From NCBI GenBank assembly GCA_963739465.1, contig CAVUAS010000005.1, positions 218,261 to 282,260 of the forward strand: a stretch of 64,000 nt of DNA, in the 5' to 3' direction. The stretch is from an uncultured Actinomycetota bacterium (lineage in GTDB: Bacteria; Actinomycetota; Actinomycetes; Mycobacteriales; Pseudonocardiaceae). The notes under the pieces are model-generated. The model was not told where the DNA came from. It searched no databases and was given only the letters and a program-made list of their open reading frames with translations. Both the position numbers and the translations under genes were made by a program. Positions 32,052 through 41,499 of this stretch are shown one piece after another. Numbering within the stretch: position 1 is the stretch's first letter; every line of letters starts with the position of its first letter.

Positions 32052-33188
32052 CTACCTCCCCGGGTGGCACCGGAACGTATCAGGCGGCGGAAGGTAGGCC
32101 GGGCGGATCTCCGGGTCGGGCGCGTCGTAGTAGCGGTGGAACACCGGCGTGAGGGCGCCGGAGACCGGCGGCACGATCCAGCTCCAGTCGGCCGGGCAGG
32201 CCCGTCCGGCCCGCTCCTCCTTCGTCACGTGCTTGAGGAAGCGACGCGCCTCCTCGTGATGGTCGGACATGGTCACGCCCGCCACGTCGAACGAGTGCTG
32301 CACGGCCCGCACGAGCTCGATGACGGCCCGGTCGCGCCACAGCGTGCGCTCCGAGTCGCGGGCCAGACCCATCCAGTCGGCGACGACGGGCAGCAGGTCA
32401 TACCGGTCGGCGTCGGCGAGGTTGCGGGCGCCGATCTCCGTGCCGACATACCAGCCGTTGAACGGCGCCGCCGGGTACGTGACCCCGCCGATCGACAGCG
32501 GCATGTTGCTGATCGCGGGCACCGCGTGCCAGCGCAGCCGCAGGTCGGCGAACCAGTCGAACTCGGGATGGACGAGCGGCACCTCCAGCACCACGTCGCG
32601 CGGCAGCTCGAACGCCGCGGGAGGCGCGCCGTCGGAGGCGATGAGCAGCGGCAGGATGTCGAAGCGCCCTGGCGGGTCGGGCGCTCGCCAGCCCAGCGCG
32701 ATCGCGTGGTCGGTGAGCGCCACCTGGCCGCGGTCACCCCGGATCCCGCCGGTCGGCATGCGGTGCCCGGCGTAGCGGACGAGCTGGTCGTTGACGATGC
32801 GCGGGCCCGGCCTGCCGGGCCGGTCGGGCGCGAACACCGTGATCGTGGACCGGATGCGGCCGCCGCGGGTGGCCGCCCGCAGGTGCGCGGCGCACTCGTC
32901 GGCGACGGCCGCGGGGGTGTGCACCGCCCGCCGGTCGCGCACATGCAGCCCGTGCCAGTACAGCCGCCCGACGCAGCGCGCCGCGTTGCGCCACGCCACC
33001 CGGGCGCCGAACGTGATCTCGGCCTCCGTGTGCACGTACGTGCCCGTCCGCTCGATCTCCGCCCGTACCCGCCGCAGCCTGCGTCGCAGCGGGTACGCCG
33101 GGCTGGTCTCGACGTGGAACTGCTCCAGGAATGCCGTGGCGGCGTCGAGGTCGACGTGGTCCCGTCGGGGCGCCAGAGCGAGCGTCAC
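32052..33188 (-). CDS. nos: Bacterial nitric oxide synthase oxygenase domain
   Basis: GARVAWRNAARCVGRLYW (heme-Cys motif), WHAVPAISNM, APFNGWYVGTEIGARN, DHH, DWSWIVPP, TPVFH. Confidence 0.95.
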   Translation of the reverse strand: MTLALAPRRDHVDLDAATAFLEQFHVETSPAYPLRRRLRRVRAEIERTGTYVHTEAEITFGARVAWRNAARCVGRLYWHGLHVRDRRAVHTPAAVADECAAHLRAATRGGRIRSTITVFAPDRPGRPGPRIVNDQLVRYAGHRMPTGGIRGDRGQVALTDHAIALGWRAPDPPGRFDILPLLIASDGAPPAAFELPRDVVLEVPLVHPEFDWFADLRLRWHAVPAISNMPLSIGGVTYPAAPFNGWYVGTEIGARNLADADRYDLLPVVADWMGLARDSERTLWRDRAVIELVRAVQHSFDVAGVTMSDHHEEARRFLKHVTKEERAGRACPADWSWIVPPVSGALTPVFHRYYDAPDPEIRPAYLPPPDTFRCHPGR

Positions 33189-33244
33189 CGTCAGCGGACC
33201 TCCATCGTCGGGGCCCCGATCGGGACCGCGACCTTCCTACTCCG

Positions 33245-33931
33245 CTACCCTTCGTGTTCGCGAGGTGGCCTATGGTAAACGAGATCGTGGACGTCACGGC
33301 CCTCGGCTCGGGCCCGTGCCTCGAACTTGGTCACGGGCCGCCACGGCGGGCGCGGCGTCTCTCCGCCCACCAACAGTGGCTCCGCGTCGGTGACCACGCG
33401 CATCTGGTCGGCGTAGTCGGCCCAGTCGGTGGCCATGTGCAGGGTGCCGCCGGGCCGCAGCCGGGCGGCCGCGAGCGCCACGAACCCGGGTTGCACGAGC
33501 CTGCGCTTGTGGTGGCGGCGCTTGGGCCAGGGATCCGGGAAGAAGATCCGGATCCCGGCCAGCGACGCGTCCGGCACCCGTTGGGACAGCAGCGCGACGG
33601 CGTCCCCGCGCAGGACGACCAGGTTGGTCAGCTCTGCCGCCGCGGCCCGCATGAGCAGCGCGGCGATGCCGGGTTCGAAGACCTCGACGGCGAGATGGTC
33701 GATGTCCGGTTCGGCCGCCGCGAGCGCCGCCGTCGACTCCCCCATGCCCGAGCCGATCTCCAGGATGAGGGGGGCGGTCCGGCCGAACCAGGCGGGCGGG
33801 TCGTAGTCGAGGTCGGCGACCTCGCGGCCACGGGTGGGCCACCACCGGTCCCAGGCCGCCTGCTGGCCGTCGGTCAGGCGGGCGCGATGGTGGACGAAGC
33901 TCGTGACCGACCGACGGGGCGGCTCAGCCAC
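33245..33931 (-). CDS. trmB: tRNA (guanine-N7)-methyltransferase
   Basis: LEIGSGMG, FFPDPWPKRRHHKRRL, ATDWADY, TKFE; GTG start overlapping the upstream stop was chosen. Confidence 0.93.
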   Translation of the reverse strand: MAEPPRRSVTSFVHHRARLTDGQQAAWDRWWPTRGREVADLDYDPPAWFGRTAPLILEIGSGMGESTAALAAAEPDIDHLAVEVFEPGIAALLMRAAAAELTNLVVLRGDAVALLSQRVPDASLAGIRIFFPDPWPKRRHHKRRLVQPGFVALAAARLRPGGTLHMATDWADYADQMRVVTDAEPLLVGGETPRPPWRPVTKFEARARAEGRDVHDLVYHRPPREHEG

Positions 33932-34913
33932 CGGCGGCGGGCAGCCGCACACCGGACGTCGCGCCGGGCAGCCTGCCGCGGAGGTAGCCCGCTGTGGTGC
34001 ACGTCAGCGCCGTGACGACGGCCGCCGCCGACGCGACGTGGCGCTGCCGCAGCTCGCGCAGAACGGCGGCGGGGAGCACCTTGGCGACGTAGTCGCGCTC
34101 GGTGGACAAGGCGTCGTCCGCGCCCACGAGCTTCGACACCGCCGCCTTGGACAGGCCCTCGGCCCAGCTCCGCCGCCGCAGGTAGGCCCATTCGACGCGG
34201 TCGTGGCTGACGCGGTGGTCGACCTCGGCGCGCGGCTCGAACACGATCCGGATCTTCTCGCCCGCGCGGGCGTAGGCCTGGCGCGCGCGGATGCAGAGCT
34301 CGGTCTCCTCGCAGCCCAGCGGGTTCTTGCCGATGCGGCCGATCTCCTCGGCGAACCCGCCGACCCGCTCGAACACCGCGCGCCGGAACGACATGTTGCA
34401 GCCCATGAGGTTGCGCACGTCGGCCCGCACCCTCGGCTGACCCGTGTAGGTGCAGCCGACGATCCAGTCGAGCTCGCCGGTGGCGTCGCCGTCGAGCGGG
34501 TGGGCGCCGGGCAGCACGCTCGGTCGGCGGCCGCCGTTGGGCCACGTGGGCCAGTGCGGGTGGGCCACGCCGCCGACGGCCTGCACGGTGGCGTCCTCGT
34601 AGGGCTCCAGCAAGGCGGCGAGCCAGCCGGGGCGGGCGGCGGCGTCGTCGTCGAGGAACACCACCACGTCGCCCCGCGCCTCGGCGATCGCCGTGTTGCG
34701 GGCGCCGGACAGGCCCTGGACGTGGGCGTTGGCCAGCACCCGCACACCGTCGAGCTCGGCCTGCGCGCGGGCGAGCAGCTCCGGGTTGTGGTCGACGACG
34801 ACCAGCGTCTCGACCGGGGCCACGTCCTGCGCCGCGACGGACCGCACCGCCGCCACGATGTCGTCCCAGCGCTTCTCGGTGTAGACGCAGACGACGACGG
34901 TGGCGGTGGTCAC
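33924..34913 (-). CDS. Glycosyltransferase family 2
   Basis: VVVCVYT, GLSGARN, VVFLDDDA, GCNMSFRR, EETEL. Confidence 0.92.
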   Translation of the reverse strand: MTTATVVVCVYTEKRWDDIVAAVRSVAAQDVAPVETLVVVDHNPELLARAQAELDGVRVLANAHVQGLSGARNTAIAEARGDVVVFLDDDAAARPGWLAALLEPYEDATVQAVGGVAHPHWPTWPNGGRRPSVLPGAHPLDGDATGELDWIVGCTYTGQPRVRADVRNLMGCNMSFRRAVFERVGGFAEEIGRIGKNPLGCEETELCIRARQAYARAGEKIRIVFEPRAEVDHRVSHDRVEWAYLRRRSWAEGLSKAAVSKLVGADDALSTERDYVAKVLPAAVLRELRQRHVASAAAVVTALTCTTAGYLRGRLPGATSGVRLPAAGG

Positions 34914-34926
34914 ATGATCTCCGGGG

Positions 34927-35739
34927 TCAGCGGGTGCGAGCCAGCATGCGGCGATGCTCCGCGATCAGGGTACGGAGCACGCGGGCGCCGTCGGCGAAGG
35001 TGCGGAGGTTGGTCTCGCCGAACATGCGCTGCCGCTCGACGGACGGCACCTCCGTGATCCGCAGACCCGCCGCTGCCATCCGGCAGTTGAGCACCGTCTC
35101 GATCTCGAAGCCGTCGCCCCACAGCATCCCCGCATCGGTCGCGGGCACCTCGATCGGGGGGAGGTCGAGCAGCGGGAGGAGGTCGGCCCAGAAGGCGTTG
35201 TAGCCGTAGCAGAGGTCCGAGTACGCCGTTCCGAACAGCGTGTTCGCGACGCCGTTGAGGCCCGCGTTGCCGGAGCGGCGCAGCAGGGTGATGTCGTCGC
35301 TGCCACCGCCGGGGGCGAACCGGCTGCCCTTGGCGAAGTCGGCGCCCGCGACAAGCGCGGACACGAAGGCGGGGATCTCGGCCGGGTCGGCCGAGCCGTC
35401 GGCGTCGAACATCACGATGACGTCACCCGTGGCGGCGGCGAACCCGCACGCCATCGCGTTGCCCTTGCCCTTGCGGGTCTGGGTGATCGCCTTGACCGTG
35501 GGCAGCACGCGGCGTGCGACGTCGACCGAGCCGTCGGTGGAATGCCCGTCGACCACGATGATCTCGTGGACGGCCGGGCGCACCGCCGCGATGGCAGGCA
35601 GCACGATCTCCAGGTTCTTCGCCTCATTCCGCGTGGGGACGACGACGCTGACCAGCGGGAACGGGGTGCGGTTCCGCCGGGTCCGAGGCATGGGCGCGAC
35701 CGACACCGGAACCGGACGGGCGGGTGACACGGCGCTCAC
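34927..35739 (-). CDS. Glycosyltransferase family 2 (Dpm1/polyprenol-phosphate mannosyltransferase-like)
   Basis: VVVPTRNEA, VVDGHSTDGS, FDADGS, KGSRF, FEIETVL; GGAGG RBS before GTG 35739. Confidence 0.9.
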   Translation of the reverse strand: MSAVSPARPVPVSVAPMPRTRRNRTPFPLVSVVVPTRNEAKNLEIVLPAIAAVRPAVHEIIVVDGHSTDGSVDVARRVLPTVKAITQTRKGKGNAMACGFAAATGDVIVMFDADGSADPAEIPAFVSALVAGADFAKGSRFAPGGGSDDITLLRRSGNAGLNGVANTLFGTAYSDLCYGYNAFWADLLPLLDLPPIEVPATDAGMLWGDGFEIETVLNCRMAAAGLRITEVPSVERQRMFGETNLRTFADGARVLRTLIAEHRRMLARTR

Positions 35740-36337
35740 ACATCCTCCAAGGAGATCCGCTCCTCCGGTCAACGACGGCGTCGCCTGCGGGTTACGGGCG
35801 TTCGGTTCGTGGCAACGTGCGCCACATTGAGCTAGACGTACGTGAAGACGAGGGGTTGCCCCGCCGCGGCAATACATCGATCAAGCGCCGTGACCTGACC
35901 GTGATCAAAGGTAGGTGGTAGTACGCCTGGCCCGGGCCTCTGACCTGGGGAAAATCCGATGCATGAGCACTCCTCGGACGTCCGACCCGCTCGCCACGCT
36001 GGCCGCCGAGCTGGGGCGGATCGGGCGCAGGCTCGACGGCATGGGCGCCGAGCTGCTGGCGTTGCGCGCGGCCGAGTCCGTGGTGTCCACCGACGGGGCC
36101 GGTAGCGCGCCGCGGACCGTCGCGGCGCACGCCGCCGTCGCACCGCACGCCGCTCCCGCGCCGCCGTTGGGCGCCTACCCGGCGCCGTGGCCTGTGCCGG
36201 GCTACCCGCCGCCGTGGGCCGCGCCCCCGGCAGGCCTCGGCCCCGTCCCGCCCGGCGCTCCGGGCGGGCAGGCCCCGGGCTGGGCGGCGGCCGGTACACC
36301 GCCGGTCGGTCCGCCGTCCGCGACCTGGGAAGCTCCT

Positions 36338-36644
36338 GCGTCGGCTGCGTCGGCTGCGTCGGCTGCGTCGGCTGCGTCGGCTGCGTCGGCTGCGTCGGCT
36401 GCGTCGGCTGCGTTGGCTGCGTTGGCTGCGTTGGCTGCGTTGGCTGCGTTGGCTGCGTTGGCTGCGTTGGCTGCGTTGGCTGCGTTGGCTGCGTTGGCTG
36501 CGTTGGCTGCGTTGGCTGCGTTGGCTGCGTTGGCTGCGTTGGCTGCGTTGGCCGCGTTGGCTGCGTTGGCCTGCGTTGGCCGCGTTGGCCGCGTTGGCCG
36601 CGTTGGCCGCGTTGGCCGCGTTGGCCGCGTTGGCCGCGTTGGCC
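36338..36644. repeat. 34-unit 9-bp tandem array
   Basis: 8x GCGTCGGCT, 15x GCGTTGGCT, GCGTTGGCC, GCGTTGGCT, one 10-bp GCGTTGGCCT, 8x GCGTTGGCC; 307 bp in total. Confidence 0.95.
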
Positions 36645-37310
36645 GCGCCGAGGCGCTCGCCGCTCACCGGCGCCCGGTTGCTCGCCTGGACCGGCGGGGC
36701 CGTCACGCTGCTCGGCGTCGTCCTCCTGCTGGCGCTTGCCGCCTCGCGGGGCTGGTTCACCCCGGCGCCGCGGGTCGGGTTCGGCGCGGTGCTGGGCGCG
36801 GGCCTCGTCGGGCTGGGGATGTGGCTGCACCGCCGAGAGACCGCCCGCGCGGGTGCCCTCGCGCTGGCCGCCACCGGCTTCGCCACGCTGTACCTCGTCG
36901 ACGCCGCGGCGACCGCGGTCTTCGGCTTCCTGCCCGCCCTCCCGGCGCTGCTGCTCGCGTTGGTCGTCGCGGGCGCCGGGCTGGGGCTCGCCGACCGGTG
37001 GCGCTCCGAGCTGCTCGGAAGCGGGGTCGTCGCCGGGGCCGCCGTGCTCGCCCCCGCCCTGGCCGACGGATGGCTCCTGGTCGCGCTGGTCCTCGTACTC
37101 CAACTCGCCGCCCTGCTCGTCGTGCTGCGCAGGCGGTGGGCGGTGCTGATGCTGCTGGCAGTGGCCGGGCCGGTCCTGTACGGGATCGGTGCGGTCGTCG
37201 AGGAGCCGGATGTGCTCGCCGTCGTCGGGGTGGCGGCGGTCGTGCTCATGTTCGCGTTCGCCACCACGGCGCTCGCCGTTCGGCGGACGCGGGACGGACT
37301 CGCGGGCCCT

Positions 37311-37460
37311 CCCACCGCGGCTGCCCCGACCGCGGCTGCCCCGACCGCGGCTGCCCCGACCGCGGCTGCCCCGACCGCGGCTGCCCCGACCGCGGCTGCC
37401 CCGACCGCGGCTGCCCCGACCGCGGCTGCCCCGACCGCGGCTGCCCCGACCGCGGCTGCC
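37311..37460. repeat. 10-unit 15-bp in-frame tandem array encoding (PTAAA)10
   Basis: CCGACCGCGGCTGCC repeated. Confidence 0.95.
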
Positions 37461-38472
37461 GCGCCGCACCCGTCGCCCGAGCCGAGCCCGCGGAGGTGGG
37501 TCGGGTCGATCGCGGCGGTCGTTGCGGCCGCGGTTCTGCCCGCCCTGGCGGGTGCCCCGACGCTCGGCGGCTGGCGTGGCGCCCTTCTCGCGGGCGGCGC
37601 CGCAGCCGTGCTCGCGGTCCTCGCCCTCCTGCCTGCGACCCGGCATCCGGTCAAGGTGGCCGCGGGTGTCGCGGCCACCACCGCCCTCCTCACCGCCACC
37701 GTCGTCGGTCTCGACGGCGCCGCGGCCGTCCTGGCGGTCCTGGGGGAGGCCGTCGTGGCCGCGCTGGTCGCGATCGGCCTGCGCAGTCGGTTCCCGATGG
37801 TCACAGCGCTGGTGCTCGGCGGTTGGGGCCTCCTCGCGGCGCTCCAGCAGGACGCACCGATCGCGGCACTGGTGGAGTTCGTGATCGCGCCCGCGGTCCC
37901 CGAGCTCGCTACCGCCGTCGCGGCCAACGCGCTCATTCTGGCCCCCGCCGCTGCCCTCCTCGTGGCGGGCGGACGGCTCGGCTGGATCCGTCCGGACGCC
38001 GCGCGCGCTGCCGTCTGGGTGCCGATCGGGCTCGTTGCGCTTTACGGGGCGGCGGGCGTGGTCGTCAACGCAGCCCTCTTGATCTCCCCGTCGGCGACGG
38101 GCTTCACGGCAGGCCGCGCCGTCGTCACCGTCTCCTGGACCGTCGGCGCGTTGCTCCTTCTGGCCCGTGGCCTGCGCAGACCCGCGCTGCGGGTCGCCGG
38201 ACTCGTGCTCGTCGCCGCGGCCGTGGCGAAGCTGGTGCTGTTCGACCTCGTCGCACTCGACGGCCTCGCCCGCGTCGGCGCGTTCCTCGGCGCCGGGCTG
38301 GTCCTCCTGGCGGCGGGCACGCGCTACGCCAGGTTGGTGGCCGAGGCGGAGAAGACGCCGCCGTCCGAGTGATCGGCGTTCACACCTGCAAAGCGTTCCG
38401 CCGTGCGGCCCCCTGATGACCTGTGCGGCCGGCACAGTCGCGGACGAGACCCGCGGAAGGAAGGCGGCCAGC

Positions 38473-39255
38473 ATGCCCGATCGCTACGCCGACGCCGTCC
38501 GCGCTCGCCGGGCCGAGCTGCGCGCCGAGCAGGGTCCGCTCGCGGGCACCCACCGCGCCGAGCTGCGGGCCGAGCTGGCGCTGGCGCGCATCGTCGCCAC
38601 CGATGCGGCCGCGGCGGCGTTCGCCGACCTCGCCCGGGAGGTCGGGGCACACGCGGGCCATCCCGAGCGCGGGGTCGGTCGCGCGCTGCCCGGCTGTCTG
38701 CCCGTCGCGTTGGATGCGCTCGCCGCGCGGGTCCACACGGCCACCCTGGCCCAGCTCGGGCCCGGGCTGCGCCGGATCGCCACGGCGCGCAGGCTCGACC
38801 TCGGCCTGAGCTGGCCCGCCTTCCCGGCGCCCCGTCGTCCGCTGCTGGACCCGATGCCCGCCGCGCCGGTGCGCGCGCCGCGGCTGGCGGGCGCGGCCGA
38901 AGGGCTCGCGGTCTGGCGGGTCGCGCTGGTGATGCTGGCGGCGATGCCGCTGGTCGGGCTGCCGGTGTGGGGCGGCCCCGCGCTCGCGCCTGCCGCCGTC
39001 GGGATCGGAGCCGCCGCCGTGGCGGTCGCCGTGCTTGCCCGCCGGGGCGGCGCCGAGCGCGCCCTGCTGCGGCGCCGGATGGATGCGGTGCTCGTCCAGG
39101 CGCAGGCCGCGTTGCGCGTGGACGTCGAGCGCATGCTGCTGGAGCTGGAGCGCTCGGCCGCGGCCGAGCTCGACGCCGCCGTGGAGCGCCGCCGCGCCGC
39201 CGTCGAGGCCGAGCTGCTCACGCTCGCCGGCCCGCGGGCGGTGGCCCGTGTTTGA
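38473..39255 (+). CDS. Hypothetical membrane protein with predicted helical/coiled termini
   Basis: GC-biased codon use, two hydrophobic segments, GTGA-style coupling to the next gene. Confidence 0.6.
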   Translation: MPDRYADAVRARRAELRAEQGPLAGTHRAELRAELALARIVATDAAAAAFADLAREVGAHAGHPERGVGRALPGCLPVALDALAARVHTATLAQLGPGLRRIATARRLDLGLSWPAFPAPRRPLLDPMPAAPVRAPRLAGAAEGLAVWRVALVMLAAMPLVGLPVWGGPALAPAAVGIGAAAVAVAVLARRGGAERALLRRRMDAVLVQAQAALRVDVERMLLELERSAAAELDAAVERRRAAVEAELLTLAGPRAVARV

Positions 39256-39457
39256 GCCCCGCGACGTACCGGACCTCGACACGGCCCCACTCGTCCTCGA
39301 CACCGACGGCGATGGTCGCCTCGACACCAGCCTGGTCGACGACGGTGTCGACCTGATTCTCGGCACCGACATGAACGCCGACGGCATCGTGGACCAGATC
39401 CTGCAGATCGGGCCGGACGGCGTGATCCGGGTGGAGGTGCTCGACGACCTGACGTAG
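39248..39457 (+). CDS. Small acidic protein with DxDxDG motifs
   Basis: LDTDGDGRLD and TDMNADGIVD within 69 aa. Confidence 0.65.
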   Translation: MFEPRDVPDLDTAPLVLDTDGDGRLDTSLVDDGVDLILGTDMNADGIVDQILQIGPDGVIRVEVLDDLT

Positions 39458-39525
39458 CCCAGCCCGCCGTGGCCGCACGCCGCCCGCGTGGACGCCGCAT
39501 GCAGGCGTTCCCCGCCGCGCTCTAG

Positions 39526-41486
39526 CCCGAGTTTCCCGGCTAGCATGATCGCTGCCGGTGTTTTCCCTGGCCAGGAGCTAAGTTGATGTTGTTGTGTGCT
39601 ATGACCTAAGTTCGGGGTGCCCAGCGGTGTAGATCGAAGATCTCGGCGAGGTGGTCCTGGGTGGGGTTGGTCTCGGTGAGTATGCGGCGGGCCTTGGGTC
39701 GCCCGCCGGTGGAGGGGTAGATCAGCACCGTCTCCTGGATACCGGCGAGGGTGTCGAGCAGTTCACGCACGGATAGGTGCAGGCCGTGTTGGTGGGCGTG
39801 GCGGCGCATGAGGTGGGCGATCTGCAGGGCGAGCACGCAGGTGAACACGTGCACCCGGATGTTGTGCTCGGTCCAGTGGTGCATCGGGGAGAACGACACC
39901 ACGTGCGGGTCTTTGAGTTGGCGGAAGCCGAACTCGGCCTCGGACTGGGAGCGGTAGCCGGCGACCACGTCCGCGGTTGGCCACTGGTCGCGGTCGGTCA
40001 TCAGGACGCGTTTGCCGAAGACCTCGGCTTCCAGGTCGGTGCGGGCTTGATCGTCGAGGTCGAAGGCGAGCCGGTGCTCGGCGGGGGTGGCGCCGGTCAG
40101 CTGCCAGGTGATGACCCGACGCACCCAGGGGTCGTTGACGATCTGGGTGATCTCGGCGGTGACCTTGTCGTGGGGTCGGCGGGTGTGGCCCCGTGCCAGG
40201 GTGTCGGCCAGCGCGGAGAGCTTCGCGGTGGCCTTGGCCAGGGTCTGGTCGAAGCCGCGGGACTGGGCGGTGTGCAGGGTCGGGGAGTGGGTGAGCACGA
40301 CGCGGCGGTCGGCGCCGTAGACCGGGCGGCGTTGTTCCAGTGCGGTCACGCCGGGGAACCGGTCGGGGTCCACGGGGTGCCGGTCGGCGGCGGGGCGGGC
40401 CAGCAGGTCCGGGCAGTCAGACGGCGGGATCGACCCGACGAACCCGAGACCGGTCGCGCTCAGGTGCGCGAGGTTGGCCAGCGAGTTCTGCCCGGCATCG
40501 AACACCACCGTCATCTGCGGGGTTGTCGCGCTCACGCTGGGCGTGGGGTTATCGGGGTTATCGGGGTTGTCGGGGTTGTCGGGGTTGTCGGTGAGCGCCG
40601 CGGCCAACGCGGTATGCCGCGCCACCAGCAGGTCGATCATGGTGGCGAACTGGGTGACGTCGGGCCGGTTGCCGGGGTAGGCGTGGGAGACCAGCGGGAT
40701 CCCACCGTCGCGGGTGATCACCAGGCCGAGCCCGACCAGGCGTAGGTCGGCTCGTTTCTGCTTGGCCTTGCCGCGCTGCGCGATGGGTGCCTTGTCGTTG
40801 GTGGTATCGATGTAGGTGGCGAAGTTGGTCATGTCCAGGGCCAGCGCGGAGATGTCCAGCTCGAAGGTCTCGATCATGGCCAGGGCGAGACGGTGCTCGA
40901 TGCGGGCCAGTTGCTCGGGGCTGACCCCGTGCATCGCGTCCCAGAACTTGCGGTGGTCCAGCACCCCGGCACCGATCTTGGTGAACCGGTCGGCGGCGGT
41001 GCCGCGCCACCACTTCTCGAACCCGCGCTTGGAGCACGGGTCCACCAGGCGGCCCAGCGCGGCCAGCGCCAGGTAGGTGCCCACCGAGGCGCCCGCGTCG
41101 GCCCGGCGTGCCCCGACCACCTCATCGATCACCGCGACCACGCCGAGACGCTCCAGCATCCCCCACGCGGCGGCGACCCCGAACGCCAGGCGCCGGGTCC
41201 GCTCGGGCCGCAGCGCGGCCTCGCGTTCGTCGAACGCGGCGGCGATGTCGGCGGCCGACCCGAGGTAGCGCTCGGAGACCATCCTGGGTTTGCCCTGCAC
41301 CCAGGCCATCTCCCGCACGTACCAGTACGGCCTGCCGCTGATCACCTTCTTGTAGAGACTCGCCACCCTTTAGGTCATAGGCCAAAGCAAGATCAAACAC
41401 CAGCTGCCGCGCCGAGAACGCCCAGCTCAACTCACCTGGAGCCAGTTCCCAACACACTCAAGATCGAACTAACCGGGAAACTGGGG
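39526..41486 (-). mobile_element. Complete insertion sequence, IS1634-like, with terminal inverted repeats and CTAG target duplication
   Basis: Left CTAG|CCCGAGTTTCCCGGCTAG; right CTAACCGGGAAACTGGGG|CTAG; CTAG at 39522-39525 and 41487-41490. Confidence 0.88.
39606..41366 (-). CDS. DDE transposase (IS1634 family-like)
   Basis: GRPYWY N-terminus, ALDMTNF, GKAKQKR.DL, VFDAG, YRSQSEAEFGFRQLK, IRVHVFTCVLAL. Confidence 0.9.
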   Translation of the reverse strand: MASLYKKVISGRPYWYVREMAWVQGKPRMVSERYLGSAADIAAAFDEREAALRPERTRRLAFGVAAAWGMLERLGVVAVIDEVVGARRADAGASVGTYLALAALGRLVDPCSKRGFEKWWRGTAADRFTKIGAGVLDHRKFWDAMHGVSPEQLARIEHRLALAMIETFELDISALALDMTNFATYIDTTNDKAPIAQRGKAKQKRADLRLVGLGLVITRDGGIPLVSHAYPGNRPDVTQFATMIDLLVARHTALAAALTDNPDNPDNPDNPDNPTPSVSATTPQMTVVFDAGQNSLANLAHLSATGLGFVGSIPPSDCPDLLARPAADRHPVDPDRFPGVTALEQRRPVYGADRRVVLTHSPTLHTAQSRGFDQTLAKATAKLSALADTLARGHTRRPHDKVTAEITQIVNDPWVRRVITWQLTGATPAEHRLAFDLDDQARTDLEAEVFGKRVLMTDRDQWPTADVVAGYRSQSEAEFGFRQLKDPHVVSFSPMHHWTEHNIRVHVFTCVLALQIAHLMRRHAHQHGLHLSVRELLDTLAGIQETVLIYPSTGGRPKARRILTETNPTQDHLAEIFDLHRWAPRT

Positions 41487-41499
41487 CTAGGTTGGAACC

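Larger units (their letters stand above)
35962..38372 (+). pseudogene. DUF2339-like predicted membrane protein, frameshifted inside a 9-bp tandem array
   Basis: The N-terminal frame (MSTPRTSD...) and the multi-TM frame (LLAWTGGAVTLLGVVLL...KLVLFDLVALDGLARVGAFLGAGLVLL) join only if one base is removed at about 36571. Confidence 0.75.

Noticed and set aside
32052-33188. Thaxtomin/rufomycin-type nitration cluster
   Set aside because: No TxtE-like P450 or NRPS lies nearby in the window.
36187-37149. Cys-rich (CVG)n / (RWP)n ORF, and the antisense (QPT)n, (SQR)n and (GSRGR)n ORFs
   Set aside because: These are alternative-frame readings of the 9-bp and 15-bp arrays; the conserved coding frame is the DUF2339-like protein.
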